Positions 48,146 through 59,233 of a DNA stretch of 64,000 bases are shown one piece after another. A program made the translations under genes and the position numbers. Source of the stretch: Vagococcus sp. (GTDB lineage Bacteria > Bacillota > Bacilli > Lactobacillales > Vagococcaceae). The stretch spans positions 28,012-92,011 of the forward strand of contig JBQELZ010000007.1 in the NCBI GenBank assembly GCA_052104115.1. The letters run 5' to 3'. Under the pieces are notes generated by a model. That model had not been told where the DNA came from and made no database searches. It saw only the letters and a program-made list of their open reading frames with translations. Positions within the stretch are counted from its first letter, which is position 1; every line of letters begins with the position of its first letter.

Positions 48146-48457
48146 TTATAAATATTTATTAAAAACTTGCTCTAATTGAGGTTTTTGGTGAACACCAATC
48201 AATGTATCAACCACTTGTCCATCTTTTTTAAGCAATAATGTTGGAATACTCATGATGCCAAATTGTTGACTTGTTTGTGGGTTATCATCCACATTCATTT
48301 TAACAATTTTCACACGATCTTCGAAGTCTTTTTCTAATCCTTCTAAGATAGGTGTTTGCATACGGCAAGGTCCACACCAAGGTGCCCAAAAATCGATAAG
48401 AACTAATCCTTCACTTGTTTCTTCTGTAAAATTTTGATCTGTAATTGATTGTACCAT
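48146..48457 (-). CDS. trxA: Thioredoxin
   Basis: WAPWCGPCR active site. Confidence 0.96.
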   Translation of the reverse strand: MVQSITDQNFTEETSEGLVLIDFWAPWCGPCRMQTPILEGLEKDFEDRVKIVKMNVDDNPQTSQQFGIMSIPTLLLKKDGQVVDTLIGVHQKPQLEQVFNKYL

Positions 48458-48540
48458 TACGTGTCATCTCCCTTTATTTCTTAACTCATGACTAGATTAT
48501 ACCAAAGGGGGTAGTCGGTGGCTAACAATCTGCCTATGAT

Positions 48541-50913
48541 TTAAAACGACACAATGGTTGCCCCGTCTCCACCTTGATTGGCTGGAGCGTATTCATACTT
48601 TTTAACCCGTGAATGTTGTTTCAGGTAGTCTTGCACTCCTTTTTTCAGAGCACCAGTCCCTCTACCATGTACAATCGTCACTTGCGGATAGCCTGCTAAT
48701 AGTGCCGAGTCAATGTACTGGTCTACTTCTGCTAGTGCTTCCTCATATCGTTTTCCTCTTAAATCTAATTGTGTCGATACTGAACTTCGACTACCACCAC
48801 TGTCGCTTCTAATGCCAGTCATTCTCATAGTTGGTTCTTTTTCGGGTGCCAGTAGCGTCATATCATCTTCTGATACCGTCATTTTTAAAATACCTAACTG
48901 GACTTTCCACTCTCTATTACCAGACTGACTAATAAGCGTGCCTCGTTGACCAAATGTTTCCACTCGTACCTCATCACCAGGCTTAAAGGTTTTCTTCTCT
49001 TTTGCTTTTTTTAGTACCTTATTTTTCTTCAGATGGTCTTCATCATGTTTCAGATTCGATAATTGCGTTTTGACATCAATCAGTTCATGCTCTTTCACAT
49101 GACTTGATGTGTTACTTCTTAACTGCATTTGTCTAATGTCACTGATTAGCTTCTCTGCTTTTGTTTCAGCTTTTTCAATAATCGCATTCGCCCTTTGCTT
49201 CGCCTTACTCATTTCACGTTCACGCTCAACAAAGAAATAATCATATACTTCTTTTAAATCCGTGTATAGTGCTTCTGATTCATCCACATAATGACGAACT
49301 TCTAAGTATTCAGTTTCTGTCATTTTACGTTGATTTTCTAAATCAGAAATCATGTCATTTAAATCTTGACTCTCTCCATCAATAATTTGTTTAGAGTTGT
49401 CAATAATTTGCTGTGATAAACCTAAACGTTTTGAAATGTCAAAGGCATTACTACGCCCTGGTATACCAATCAATAATCGATAAGTCGGACTTAGTGTATC
49501 CACATCAAACTCCATACTGGCATTAATCGTGCCAGATCTATTATACCCATATACTTTTAATTCCGGATAATGAGTCGTTGCCATCACATACGCCCCTCTA
49601 GTTCCAACTTCATCTAGAATTGAAATGGCCAATGCTGCACCTTCTTGTGGATCCGTTCCTGCGCCTAATTCATCAAATAATACCAAACTATTCTCATCCA
49701 AATGAGCAAGAATATCCACAATATTGGTCATATGAGATGAAAACGTACTTAGGTTTTGCTCGATTGATTGTTCGTCTCCGATATCGGCATAAACCTGTGT
49801 AAACACGCCTATCGTACTATCTTCATGTGCTGGTATAGGCAATCCTGCTTGTCCCATTAATTGCAATAGTCCCAATGTTTTTAATGTGATCGTTTTACCT
49901 CCTGTATTAGGTCCTGTAATCACAATAGCTTGGTAGTCCTTACCAATCACTATATCATTAGCCACAACTTTATCTGCCTCTATTAATGGATGTCTAGCAT
50001 CTTTTAAGGACACGTGCTTATTAGAACTAACATGTGGTACTATAGCCTTCAACTCTTTACCAAAGAAAGCCTTAGCATTGATAAAATCAAGTTTTCCTAG
50101 TACAAAAGCATTTTGTAAAATATCCTGGCGATAAGGTGCTAATTCATTGGATAGTTCTGATAAAATACGTTCAATTTCTTTTCTTTCAGCAATCTGATGT
50201 TGTCGTAATTTATTGTTTAATTCCACTACCTGTCTAGGCTCAACAAACACGGTTTGACCAGAGGCACTTTGATCATGGACAACGCCACCAAATTGACTAC
50301 GGTATTCACTTTTTACTGGGATTACGTATCGATCATTTCTCATTGTGACAATCGTATCGCTCAAATATTTCGAGGCACTCCCTCTTAATATGCCATCCAA
50401 TTGTTCTCTAACACTTTGCTCAGAACGACGAATGCTTTGTCTAATACCTCGTAATTCCACTGATGCTTCATCTGTCACATGTCCATCTTCGTCAATCGCC
50501 AGTCTTATTTGTTTGGATACATCAGGCAAAGCGACCATTTTATCGCTCCACTCATACAAACGGTGTAGCTCAATCTCTGCCTCTTTTAAATCATCAAAAA
50601 ACCGCTGAATCTCTATCACTGTACGCAAGACTCTACCAACTTGTGCCAGCTCAAGTCCATTAAGCATAGCCCCTATTTCAATTCGCTTCATGTGGGGTCT
50701 TATATTTTCTAAAATAGCAATCGGAATCCCACCACGTAACCTTAATACATTGTAAGCATCTTCTGTTTCAAATAGGTGCTCTTCAATTTTTTCAACATCA
50801 CTCTCTGGAAATAACTGAGTGACATGTTCTTCACCTAACTTAGTCACAATATGTTGTGATAATAGACGTTTTACTTTATCAAACTCTAATGTTTGTAATA
50901 TTTTCTTATTCAT
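48541..50913 (-). CDS. mutS2: Endonuclease MutS2
   Basis: TGPNTGGKT, STFSSHM, DELGAGTDP; C-terminal Smr domain LDLRG...HGRGTG. Confidence 0.97.
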   Translation of the reverse strand: MNKKILQTLEFDKVKRLLSQHIVTKLGEEHVTQLFPESDVEKIEEHLFETEDAYNVLRLRGGIPIAILENIRPHMKRIEIGAMLNGLELAQVGRVLRTVIEIQRFFDDLKEAEIELHRLYEWSDKMVALPDVSKQIRLAIDEDGHVTDEASVELRGIRQSIRRSEQSVREQLDGILRGSASKYLSDTIVTMRNDRYVIPVKSEYRSQFGGVVHDQSASGQTVFVEPRQVVELNNKLRQHQIAERKEIERILSELSNELAPYRQDILQNAFVLGKLDFINAKAFFGKELKAIVPHVSSNKHVSLKDARHPLIEADKVVANDIVIGKDYQAIVITGPNTGGKTITLKTLGLLQLMGQAGLPIPAHEDSTIGVFTQVYADIGDEQSIEQNLSTFSSHMTNIVDILAHLDENSLVLFDELGAGTDPQEGAALAISILDEVGTRGAYVMATTHYPELKVYGYNRSGTINASMEFDVDTLSPTYRLLIGIPGRSNAFDISKRLGLSQQIIDNSKQIIDGESQDLNDMISDLENQRKMTETEYLEVRHYVDESEALYTDLKEVYDYFFVEREREMSKAKQRANAIIEKAETKAEKLISDIRQMQLRSNTSSHVKEHELIDVKTQLSNLKHDEDHLKKNKVLKKAKEKKTFKPGDEVRVETFGQRGTLISQSGNREWKVQLGILKMTVSEDDMTLLAPEKEPTMRMTGIRSDSGGSRSSVSTQLDLRGKRYEEALAEVDQYIDSALLAGYPQVTIVHGRGTGALKKGVQDYLKQHSRVKKYEYAPANQGGDGATIVSF

Positions 50914-50979
50914 GTGTGCACATCCTTTTTTATGTCTACATCATAAAGAAAGAGAACCACAGGGATGGCTCTCTCATCT

Positions 50980-51528
50980 CTATAAGATAATTCTAGTAAT
51001 CCACCAATTTTTTAAAAGACTTGATAACATCGGTGTTGATTCTACTAACGTTCTTGCTAAATAACTTTTTTTAAACATATTTTGAACGATATCAAGTGGT
51101 ATCATAGCAAACATTGTTAAAAAAATGACCAATCCAATGTAGGTGATAGCCACATTTAATAACCCTCCGGCTAATTCATTTCCCTGCTTGATTAGTGGAA
51201 TAAATGTCACCGCATAACTCAGCATACCTATAAAGCGCGTGACTAACCAGCCTATAAATAAAATCATCATAAAAGCTAACGCCGCATAAAACGATTTATC
51301 TAAATCAAATAATAAACTTTTATCATATAAAACGAGCTCCGTTGAAGCATGTGGAGCTGGGTATGGTATTAACAGCTCAATGGATTTCCCTAATCGTTTG
51401 TAATAATTCTGTGCCAAAAAAAAGGACACCGTATAACCAAACGTGTAAATCAGCTGAAGTAAAAAACCTCTACGATACCCTGCATAAAAACCTGTTCCTA
51501 AACCTATTACTATTAATAATGTTAGCAT
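50980..51528 (-). CDS. CvpA-family membrane protein
   Basis: GFY.GYRRG...Q pattern; conserved zapA-cvpA-mutS2 order. Confidence 0.85.
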   Translation of the reverse strand: MLTLLIVIGLGTGFYAGYRRGFLLQLIYTFGYTVSFFLAQNYYKRLGKSIELLIPYPAPHASTELVLYDKSLLFDLDKSFYAALAFMMILFIGWLVTRFIGMLSYAVTFIPLIKQGNELAGGLLNVAITYIGLVIFLTMFAMIPLDIVQNMFKKSYLARTLVESTPMLSSLLKNWWITRIIL

Positions 51529-51539
51529 ATTTTCAAACC

Positions 51540-52019
51540 TTACTTAGTCGTATTTGAGTGCGCTTGTTCTTTTTTTTGGTGATTGTTGCGTTGAATCTTT
51601 TCTTTTACTTGTTGATTTAATACTTTTTGAACCTCGATATGATTGTTCATTTCAGCTTCTGTCAGCTCACGATTTTCATCTAACGCTATTTTTCTTGCTG
51701 CACGTTCTCGCTCTTCAATTTTATTTAATCGTTCTTCTAAATCGTTGACCTTTTCTACTTCATGTTGTAGTGCGTGAACATCATTTTTTAAATCTAAAAT
51801 GGTTTCTTGTTGTTTCACTTGAACCGACAGAGTATTGATTGCTAATAGCACAGCTGCCTGTTCTCTTGTTAAGGAAGGAGCTTGTTTTATGATTAGCTCT
51901 AACTGTTCATTCGCCAAATCGTTGACAATATCCATATGATAATGACTTTCGTTACCGATAATCGTATATGTTTTTCCAGCTATCGTCGCTTTGTATCGCT
52001 TTTGTTCTTCCTGAAGCAT
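51540..52019 (-). CDS. zapA: Cell division protein ZapA with an extended coiled coil
   Basis: RYKATIAGKTYTIIG...AAVLLAIN. Confidence 0.88.
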   Translation of the reverse strand: MLQEEQKRYKATIAGKTYTIIGNESHYHMDIVNDLANEQLELIIKQAPSLTREQAAVLLAINTLSVQVKQQETILDLKNDVHALQHEVEKVNDLEERLNKIEERERAARKIALDENRELTEAEMNNHIEVQKVLNQQVKEKIQRNNHQKKEQAHSNTTK

Positions 52020-52206
52020 TTCAATTCCCCCTTATATTTTCTAATGACCGAGGTTAAATTTAGCTTAATTATATAAGACTTTCAGACAATTGACAATTTT
52101 ATCCGCCAAAATCAGCAAAATTAACCTTTTTCTAACATTCACTTACACGCAAATAATTGTTATACTTAATCTTAGCAAAATCACTGAACAAGAATGGATG
52201 ATAACA

Positions 52207-53127
52207 ATGAGTGACTCAATCACATTAAAATTGGACAAATCAGCAATCTCGCACATGCAATCTACTTATACGGATTATTTAGTTAAGACACCACCGTATG
52301 CTATTTTTTCAGCTAAACTTCCTGGTGTCACCATCACAGCATACCAGTCAGGTAAAGTATTATTTCAAGGTGTTCATGCTATAGCCGAATCTGAAAAATG
52401 GGGAACAGCTACTTCCTCTTCGAAAAAAAAGGCCTCAAAAAACAGCTCTACTTTACCGCCTGATTTTTCTAACTGGTCCGCAGTTGGAAGTGATGAAGTA
52501 GGAAATGGCAGTTACTTAGGTCCAGTTGTCGTCTGTGCTGCTTATGCGGATAAAACACAACTTCCGCTATTAAAAGAGCTTGGTGTAAAAGACTCTAAAA
52601 TGTTGACCGACGACATGATTCGTCGCATTGCCAAAGATATCAAACTCATTTTACCTTATAGACAGCTCATTGTTACACCCAAAAAATACAATGAGATACA
52701 ACCAAATTATAATGTCAATCGTATGAAAGTAGCTTTACATAACCAAGCCATTTATTTGTTACTACAAGATCTAACACCAACAAAACCAGATGGCATTTTA
52801 ATTGACCAATTTACGTCTGAGACCAATTACCGAAAATACTTAGCGAAGGAACCAAATCAAGTCACAGACTCTCTTTACTTCGCTACTAAAGGCGAACAAC
52901 ATCATTTGGCCGTTGCCGCAGCTTCCATTATTTGCCGAGCAACCTTTTTAGATGAACTTGAGAAACAAGGCAAAGAGTTAGGTTTCAACGTACCATCAGG
53001 TGCTGGAGCTAAATCCGATCAAGTTGCTGCTAAAATACTCAAGTATGGTGGAATGCCCTTATTAGAGCAACATGCTAAACTTCACTTTGCTAATACAGAA
53101 AAAGCTAAAAAAATTGCATTTAGATAA
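52207..53127 (+). CDS. rnhC: Ribonuclease HIII
   Basis: N-terminal AYQSGKVLFQG; GSDEVGNGSYLGP, DSK, IDQF, AVAAASII.R, K.HFANT. Confidence 0.95.
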   Translation: MSDSITLKLDKSAISHMQSTYTDYLVKTPPYAIFSAKLPGVTITAYQSGKVLFQGVHAIAESEKWGTATSSSKKKASKNSSTLPPDFSNWSAVGSDEVGNGSYLGPVVVCAAYADKTQLPLLKELGVKDSKMLTDDMIRRIAKDIKLILPYRQLIVTPKKYNEIQPNYNVNRMKVALHNQAIYLLLQDLTPTKPDGILIDQFTSETNYRKYLAKEPNQVTDSLYFATKGEQHHLAVAAASIICRATFLDELEKQGKELGFNVPSGAGAKSDQVAAKILKYGGMPLLEQHAKLHFANTEKAKKIAFR

Positions 53128-53615
53128 GAAAATTGACACGTCAACCCTTTTGGCATGTCTATTTTTTATAGCTTGATGACTATTTTCTTTTAAATTACAT
53201 ATTTATCACACTAACAAGAACCAATTTTTTATCTAGTATTGAAGAATCTAATTCATTACAACAGTCTATATAAAAGGACATATTATTAAGACTTTTAAAC
53301 ACTTATATCCCTACCTGTGTTTTTAAGGTAGTCGCTAAAGAGAAATGATTTATGGATTAAAACTATTTATCCTGCTTAAAATGATCCAGAGAGCAAAATT
53401 AGACAATCAAAATAACATGATAATATGTAATGACCATATGATTGTTTTAACTTACCTAATGTATTCAATCGGTCATTTGATAAAAATAAATAAAACACAT
53501 TGAGATAGAATTTAAAACATTGGTCGAACACCTCATTTTTAGTAGATGGCATTCAAAAAAACAAACAAAAAAAGCTAAACCCAATTATATCAAGGGTTTA
53601 GCTTATGTTTATCTC

Positions 53616-53936
53616 TTATAATTCTTCTTCTGCTTCAAAGGCATTGAAAACTTCTTCAATCATGTCCCATTCAGCTTCTGTTTCGATTTCCATTAAACGG
53701 CCTTCTGCTTCACCTTCTGCTTGATCATAAGCATACGCTAATAGCTCAACTTCATCGCCTTCTGGTGTGCTTGCATCATAAAGTAATACATAATCTTTAC
53801 CGTACTCTTCTTGTCCATCAATGGTTAAATGAATACGGAATAATACTTCATTGCCTTCGTCATCGATTAATGTAATCAAATCATCTGCATCATGTTCGTG
53901 GTCATGATCATGAGTGTGTTCGTGTTTTTCAGTCAT
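53616..53936 (-). CDS. DUF1292 family protein
   Basis: His-rich N-terminus; ITLIDDEGNE.LF, acidic, EWDMIEEVFN; downstream of ruvX. Confidence 0.85.
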   Translation of the reverse strand: MTEKHEHTHDHDHEHDADDLITLIDDEGNEVLFRIHLTIDGQEEYGKDYVLLYDASTPEGDEVELLAYAYDQAEGEAEGRLMEIETEAEWDMIEEVFNAFEAEEEL

Positions 53937-54005
53937 TTTATATTCCTCTTTTCTATGAGTTTTATTGCTCCACCATATTATACAGAAAAAAAGATAAAAA
54001 GGCTA

Positions 54006-54425
54006 TTAAACCTTTTTATCCAAATAATTTTGTAAAATCATCACTGCAGCTAATTTATCAATCACTTTTTTACGTTTTGCTCGTGACGTATTTGCCTGTT
54101 CTATCAGCATTCTTTCTGCTTGAACAGTCGTCAAACGTTCGTCTTGATAGTGTATTGGTAAATGAAATGTTTCAGTCAATAAATCCCCATAAACCATTGA
54201 TGCTTCAGCTCTTGGTCCGATTGTGTTATTCATATTTTTAGGTAGGCCCACAACAAACTCTGTCACATTGTATTCCTTGACTAATTCTGCTATTCTCTCT
54301 ATCCCAAAAATATTATTTACCTCATCAATTTTGATAATTTCTACTCCTTGAGCTGTCCATCCTAAAGGATCACTAACAGCTACTCCAACCGTTTTTGATC
54401 CAACGTCTAACCCCATAATTCTCAT
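54006..54425 (-). CDS. ruvX: Holliday junction resolvase-like / pre-16S rRNA nuclease
   Basis: [28 protein letters not shown]. Confidence 0.95.
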   Translation of the reverse strand: MRIMGLDVGSKTVGVAVSDPLGWTAQGVEIIKIDEVNNIFGIERIAELVKEYNVTEFVVGLPKNMNNTIGPRAEASMVYGDLLTETFHLPIHYQDERLTTVQAERMLIEQANTSRAKRKKVIDKLAAVMILQNYLDKKV

Positions 54426-54691
54426 AACATATCGATTCCGTAATGAGTTAAATATTCTTTCACAAGTTCTTCCATAATTTCGTCACGTTCATGACGTCTT
54501 ATTAAGTTTCTTGCATCTTGATAACGTGGTATATACGCAGGGTCACCTGATAGTAAGTAACCAACTATTTGATTGATTGGGTTGTATCCTTTATCTTTCA
54601 AGGCTTGGTACACAATCGCTAATGTTTCACTTACTTCTTTTTTGTTATTATCGTCAAAATCAAATCTGACTGTTTCATCTGTAAAACTCAT
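54422..54691 (-). CDS. ireB: IreB-family regulatory phosphoprotein (DUF965/ReoM)
   Basis: DETVRFDF...[36 protein letters not shown]. Confidence 0.92.
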   Translation of the reverse strand: MSFTDETVRFDFDDNNKKEVSETLAIVYQALKDKGYNPINQIVGYLLSGDPAYIPRYQDARNLIRRHERDEIMEELVKEYLTHYGIDML

Positions 54692-54792
54692 CTGTCATAC
54701 CTCCTATGTTTCATCGTTAGGCTTATTTTACAAGAAAGTGCAATAAACTACAATCATTATCACTTTAACTAATAAAATAAGACGCTCTATTT

Positions 54793-55410
54793 TTACATAT
54801 CAACACTAAAACTAGAACCAACTTTCGCATCAAACGGTAATTCCAAAATGCCTTTTTTAGTCGGTGCATTCGGTAATCCTAACTCTTTGGCTGAACAAAC
54901 CATGCCATGACTTGCCACACCACGAAGCTCTCCTGGCCAAATAATTAAGCCATCCGGCATCATTGCTCCTACCTTAGCGACAACCACTTTAAGTCCTGCT
55001 TTGATATTTGGTGCCCCGCAAACAATTTGCAATATGTCTCCATTATCCACTTCAATTTGAGTAATATGAAGATGATCGGAATCATCATGTTTTTGACACG
55101 ACTTAACAAATCCAACAACAAATTTAGGACTATTATCTGCTACTAATTCAGTTTCAAAACCTGATTCTGTCAACATATCGTTTAATTGATTTATTTGTCC
55201 ATCAGTCAGTATTAGTTGACCATTTCCAGATAAATCACTCACATGTGTTGACGCATTAAATAAATTCCATGCCACAACTTCTCCAGTTTCTACCACTGTT
55301 ACTTGTGCCACATCTCCGTGTCTTACTGCCTTTACATCTTGCCCGTTGCTATTGTTTATAACGACTAATAAAACATCGCCTACTCCACTTTCATTATAAC
55401 TTGTAATCAT
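54793..55410 (-). CDS. YtpR-family tRNA-binding protein
   Basis: YN..GVGDVL; VVGFV..C.KH.DSDHL...QIVCGAPN...SHGMVCS..ELGL. Confidence 0.9.
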   Translation of the reverse strand: MITSYNESGVGDVLLVVINNSNGQDVKAVRHGDVAQVTVVETGEVVAWNLFNASTHVSDLSGNGQLILTDGQINQLNDMLTESGFETELVADNSPKFVVGFVKSCQKHDDSDHLHITQIEVDNGDILQIVCGAPNIKAGLKVVVAKVGAMMPDGLIIWPGELRGVASHGMVCSAKELGLPNAPTKKGILELPFDAKVGSSFSVDM

Positions 55411-55473
55411 TCTTTCTATATTCCTCTCTACATAAAGAAAGTAAGCACCACGTGTGTACTTACTTGTCTTAAA

Positions 55474-55929
55474 TTAATCTGGTCTAACAATTAATACATC
55501 ACATGGAGCCGTACGAATGATATGATCACTCACACTCCCCATGACAAGCCGTTCTACAGCATTTAAACCTGATTGTCCCACCATGATTAAGTCTGTATGG
55601 TAACGCTCTGGTAATTCTTTTGACATCATTACTTTTGGAGAGCCAAACTCTAATACGGTTTCAATGTTATCATACCCTAATTCTTTAGCATATTCTTCGT
55701 AATCAGATAATAGTTGTCTGGCTTGATCCGATTCTCCCTGAACCAAATCTGGTGTAAACGTAGAAAATGACATCGTACCACCATACATTTTATTTTCAAT
55801 TATATGAGCAACAACCACTTTTGAATGATTTCGTCGTGCAACAGCAATTGCTTTTTCAAATGCCAATTTAGCTTGATTGCTTCCGTCTGTTCCAACTAAT
55901 ATAGATGTATATTCTTGTGATTCCAACAT
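55474..55929 (-). CDS. Universal stress protein
   Basis: ILVGTDGS.QA, DLIMVG.SGLNAVERL.MGSVS, CDVLIVR. Confidence 0.93.
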   Translation of the reverse strand: MLESQEYTSILVGTDGSNQAKLAFEKAIAVARRNHSKVVVAHIIENKMYGGTMSFSTFTPDLVQGESDQARQLLSDYEEYAKELGYDNIETVLEFGSPKVMMSKELPERYHTDLIMVGQSGLNAVERLVMGSVSDHIIRTAPCDVLIVRPD

Positions 55930-55944
55930 ATACTCATCCTCTTT

Positions 55945-56256
55945 CTATAAGGTCTTAATAAACGTTATGATCTCTTCTTTTGTCTTTCTATTCTTACTAA
56001 CAAATCTACCTAGTTCTTTCCCATCTTCAATCGCAACAAAACTTGGGATACCAAAAACATCCCATTTTTGACACACATCAATAAATTCATCTCTATCAAC
56101 TTGTACAAATTGGTACTCTGGGAAAGAGGCTTCAACCTCAGACATATGTGGTTTAATGTATACACAATCTCCACACCAATCTGCGGTGAAAAATAGCATG
56201 GTTTTACCGGTCTCAATTTGTTCAGCCAATTCTTCTAACGACTTAGGTACTAACAT
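55945..56256 (-). CDS. Thioredoxin-like protein (YtpP-type)
   Basis: FTADWCGDC motif; GIPSF. Confidence 0.9.
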   Translation of the reverse strand: MLVPKSLEELAEQIETGKTMLFFTADWCGDCVYIKPHMSEVEASFPEYQFVQVDRDEFIDVCQKWDVFGIPSFVAIEDGKELGRFVSKNRKTKEEIITFIKTL

Positions 56257-56267
56257 ATCACTTTGCC

Positions 56268-57344
56268 CTACTTTCCGTAAATAATTGTATCTACTGTATC
56301 TTTATCCAAACTAGTCAATAAAGCCATAACCATCGCTTTAGCCGCTTCATAATCTTTCACACTAAACATCGTTTGATGGGTATGGATATAGCGTCCAGGT
56401 ACTCCAATAACGGCACTTGGTACACCATCATTTGCCAAATGAGCAGCTCCAGCATCTGTCCCACCTTTAGAAACAAAATGTTGATATGGAATCTCATTGG
56501 CTTCTGCTGTTTCTACGATGTATTCACGCATACGACCTAACATAATCATCCCCGGATCAAAAATACGAAGTAAAAAGCCACCATCTAAACGACCATTTGC
56601 ATCTTTTTTACCATCGATATCATTAGCTGGTGAGCAATCAACCGCAAAGAATAAGTCTGGTTTGAATTTAGTCGTTGATACTTTAGCTCCACGCAAACCT
56701 ACTTCTTCTTGGACATTTGCTCCAGCGATTAACGTATTTGGCAAGTCCACTCCTTGCAATTCTTCTAACACGTCTAACACTAAGGTACAGCCGTAACGAT
56801 TATCCCATGCTTTACTGATAATTCGTTTGCCATTTGCAGTTTTAATGGTTTCAACATCTGGTACAATACTATCTCCAGGTCTAACACCAAATGCTTCTGC
56901 TTCTTCTTTTGATTCAAATCCTGCATCAAATAAAATATCAGCCACATCAATGTTTTTTTGACCATCTGTGCCACGTAATAAATGAGGAGGTACAGATGAT
57001 GAAATAACAGGGTAATCCCCTTTTTTAGTTTGTAACGTAAAACGTTGTGCTGAGACAACATATGGATTCCATCCACCTAAAGGAACCACTCTAAACAAAC
57101 CATTATCAAGAATTTGTCCCACTAAAAATCCTACCTCGTCCATATGAGATGCGAGCATAATACGGGGGGCACCTTCAACTTTACTTTTTTTAACACCAAA
57201 TACGCCACCTAGTCCATCGTATTCGATTTTATCAACTAATGGGGTCATCTCTTGTGTCATCACTTGACGCATGTTTTCTTCAAACCCACTAGTGCTTTGT
57301 ATTTCAGTCATTTGTTTGATGCGATTAAATAATTTATCTTCCAT
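56268..57344 (-). CDS. pepA: Glutamyl aminopeptidase (M42)
   Basis: [50 protein letters not shown]; conserved context with ytpP/ytpR. Confidence 0.92.
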   Translation of the reverse strand: MEDKLFNRIKQMTEIQSTSGFEENMRQVMTQEMTPLVDKIEYDGLGGVFGVKKSKVEGAPRIMLASHMDEVGFLVGQILDNGLFRVVPLGGWNPYVVSAQRFTLQTKKGDYPVISSSVPPHLLRGTDGQKNIDVADILFDAGFESKEEAEAFGVRPGDSIVPDVETIKTANGKRIISKAWDNRYGCTLVLDVLEELQGVDLPNTLIAGANVQEEVGLRGAKVSTTKFKPDLFFAVDCSPANDIDGKKDANGRLDGGFLLRIFDPGMIMLGRMREYIVETAEANEIPYQHFVSKGGTDAGAAHLANDGVPSAVIGVPGRYIHTHQTMFSVKDYEAAKAMVMALLTSLDKDTVDTIIYGK

Positions 57345-57536
57345 GTTGACTCTACTTATTGTAGATGCCACCTCTCTTTCTTTTTCTTAATTATACCATA
57401 TTTTTATTTACTCATAAAAAAGTTCATCTGTTTTCTTACCTTATGTGACTTTTTTAATCCTGCTATATTTTTCTTTTTATTTTACACATTTATGCTACAA
57501 TGTAGGCATAGATATCATCTGAGGAGGTAGAATAGT

Positions 57537-57890
57537 ATGCTTCATAAGAAAAATAATAAAGAGTTCTATCAACATGGTTTAACAACAGGCATGGGAATTG
57601 GCTTAGCTATTGGTTTAATAGGTGGTGCTACAGCATCTTATTGGTATAAAAAAAATCAAACGATGTCTGCTGATGACATTCTAGAAAAAGTGAAAGCTGA
57701 TTTCTTACAAGAAGGACCAATTGAAGGGTCTTGGATTCATTTCAAAAAAGAACCACAACAAAAATTTGCGATAAAATCAAAAGTCTATACTGGTGGCATA
57801 TCCCGCATAGAGGATGGAGAACTCGTTCAATACGAATTTGTAGCAGATGCTCACACTGGTACGGTCCTTGATATTTATCGTCTAGCATAA
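57537..57890 (+). CDS. PepSY-domain protein
   Basis: N-terminal TM; GPIEGSWI...VY.GGISR...YEFVADA.TG.VLDI. Confidence 0.8.
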   Translation: MLHKKNNKEFYQHGLTTGMGIGLAIGLIGGATASYWYKKNQTMSADDILEKVKADFLQEGPIEGSWIHFKKEPQQKFAIKSKVYTGGISRIEDGELVQYEFVADAHTGTVLDIYRLA

Positions 57891-57958
57891 ACATTTAGAA
57901 ACGATAGCCTCGTTTCTTTTTTTATGTCACATCATTAATTATGTTACAGGAGGTCTAT

Positions 57959-58498
57959 ATGAAAACATTAGCTGTATACTGTGGTTCCGCTACTGGGACT
58001 CCTAATCTGTATAGCTCAAGCACAAAAGCTTTTGCTCATTGGATGGTAGAGCATCAGTTTGATTTGGTTTACGGTGGTGGGGCTATTGGTTTAATGGGCA
58101 TCTTAGCTGACACTATACTAGGTGATGGTGGCCACGTCACTGGCGTGATGCCTACTTTTCTTACCCATAACGAACGGGCTCACAAATCACTCACTCACTT
58201 TTTCATCGTTGACGACATGCACGAAAGAAAAATAAAAATGAGTGAACTAGCAGATGGATACATTGCCCTACCCGGCGGTCCAGGAACCCTTGAAGAAATA
58301 TCAGAAATGGTGTCTTGGGGTAGAATCGGGCAACATCACAAACCTTGTATTTTTTATAACATCAATGGGTACTATGACTTGCTTGCTCTCTTCTTCGATC
58401 AAATGGTTGAACAAGGTTTTCTAACCCAAAAAGAAAGACAACAAATATTCTTCACCGATTCTTTGGAAGACATGTACACATTCCTCCATCACAACTAA
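57959..58498 (+). CDS. LOG-family (TIGR00730-type) nucleotide phosphoribohydrolase
   Basis: VYCGS, LVYGGG..GLMG, MHERK, PGGPGTLEE. Start at 57959 behind GGAGG. Confidence 0.9.
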   Translation: MKTLAVYCGSATGTPNLYSSSTKAFAHWMVEHQFDLVYGGGAIGLMGILADTILGDGGHVTGVMPTFLTHNERAHKSLTHFFIVDDMHERKIKMSELADGYIALPGGPGTLEEISEMVSWGRIGQHHKPCIFYNINGYYDLLALFFDQMVEQGFLTQKERQQIFFTDSLEDMYTFLHHN

Positions 58499-58537
58499 AT
58501 AAAAAGCATTCATTCACAAAATGCGAATGAATGCTTT

Positions 58538-59182
58538 TTATTTAGTTGTAAATGTCGCCTCTAATCTGTAGATAGGTTGTCCTTTAGATGAAAATTTTTC
58601 TTCATATTCAGTCATAATATTTCCATCGTAATCACTAGCATGTAAATTTAACCAAACTTGATTTAACACCATACCATATTGAGAAACACTGCTTAAAGAG
58701 TACTCAAACAATCCTCTATTGTCCGTTTTAAAATGCAATTGGGCTTTTGGCTTCGCGATTGTTTCATATGTTTTTAAAAATGTATGATAGGTTAACCGAC
58801 GTTTCTCGTGCTTTGCCTTTGGCCATGGATCTGAGAAATTCAAATAAACTAAATCGACTTCATTTTCTGCAAAAAATTCTGTTAAGTCTGCTCCGTTTAC
58901 CAATAATAACTGAAGATTCGGTAGTTTTTCTTCCATTTGTTTTTCTAGTATAGAAATAATCGCATTTGTTTGTAGCTCTATCCCAATGTAATTGATATCT
59001 GGGTGTGCTTTTGCCATTTCAACAATAAATTGTCCTTTTCCGCTCCCTACTTCAATATGAATAGGTTGAATTTGGTCGAATCGTTCTTGCCAACGCCCCT
59101 TCCACTCACTTGCTTCTTTTAAAATATAATGTGGGTGTTCTAGAATTGTTTCTTCTGCACCTGGTTTATTTCTTAATCTCAT
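58538..59182 (-). CDS. trmB: tRNA (guanine-N7)-methyltransferase
   Basis: EVGSGKG, LNFSDPWPK..HEKRRLT, FKTDN, TEYE.KF. Confidence 0.97.
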   Translation of the reverse strand: MRLRNKPGAEETILEHPHYILKEASEWKGRWQERFDQIQPIHIEVGSGKGQFIVEMAKAHPDINYIGIELQTNAIISILEKQMEEKLPNLQLLLVNGADLTEFFAENEVDLVYLNFSDPWPKAKHEKRRLTYHTFLKTYETIAKPKAQLHFKTDNRGLFEYSLSSVSQYGMVLNQVWLNLHASDYDGNIMTEYEEKFSSKGQPIYRLEATFTTK

Positions 59183-59233
59183 CTTGATTCCCCTTCTATA
59201 AAAAATCTCTTTGGTAATGAGCCAAAGAGACGC

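Noticed and set aside
52090-52206. N-terminal extensions given by the ORF track (rnhC; also HK 9870, rpmI 17836, pnp 33615, pepA 57371, ndh 45816)
   Set aside because: RBS position and family N-termini favour the downstream starts used in the feature list.
53345-53503. 52-codon ORF MIYGLKLFILLK...
   Set aside because: Weak RBS, no motif, and composition expected by chance in AT-rich DNA.
2268-57344. Two M42 peptidases and two thioredoxins in one window as a duplication
   Set aside because: They are divergent paralogues, each in a standard conserved context; ordinary for this group.
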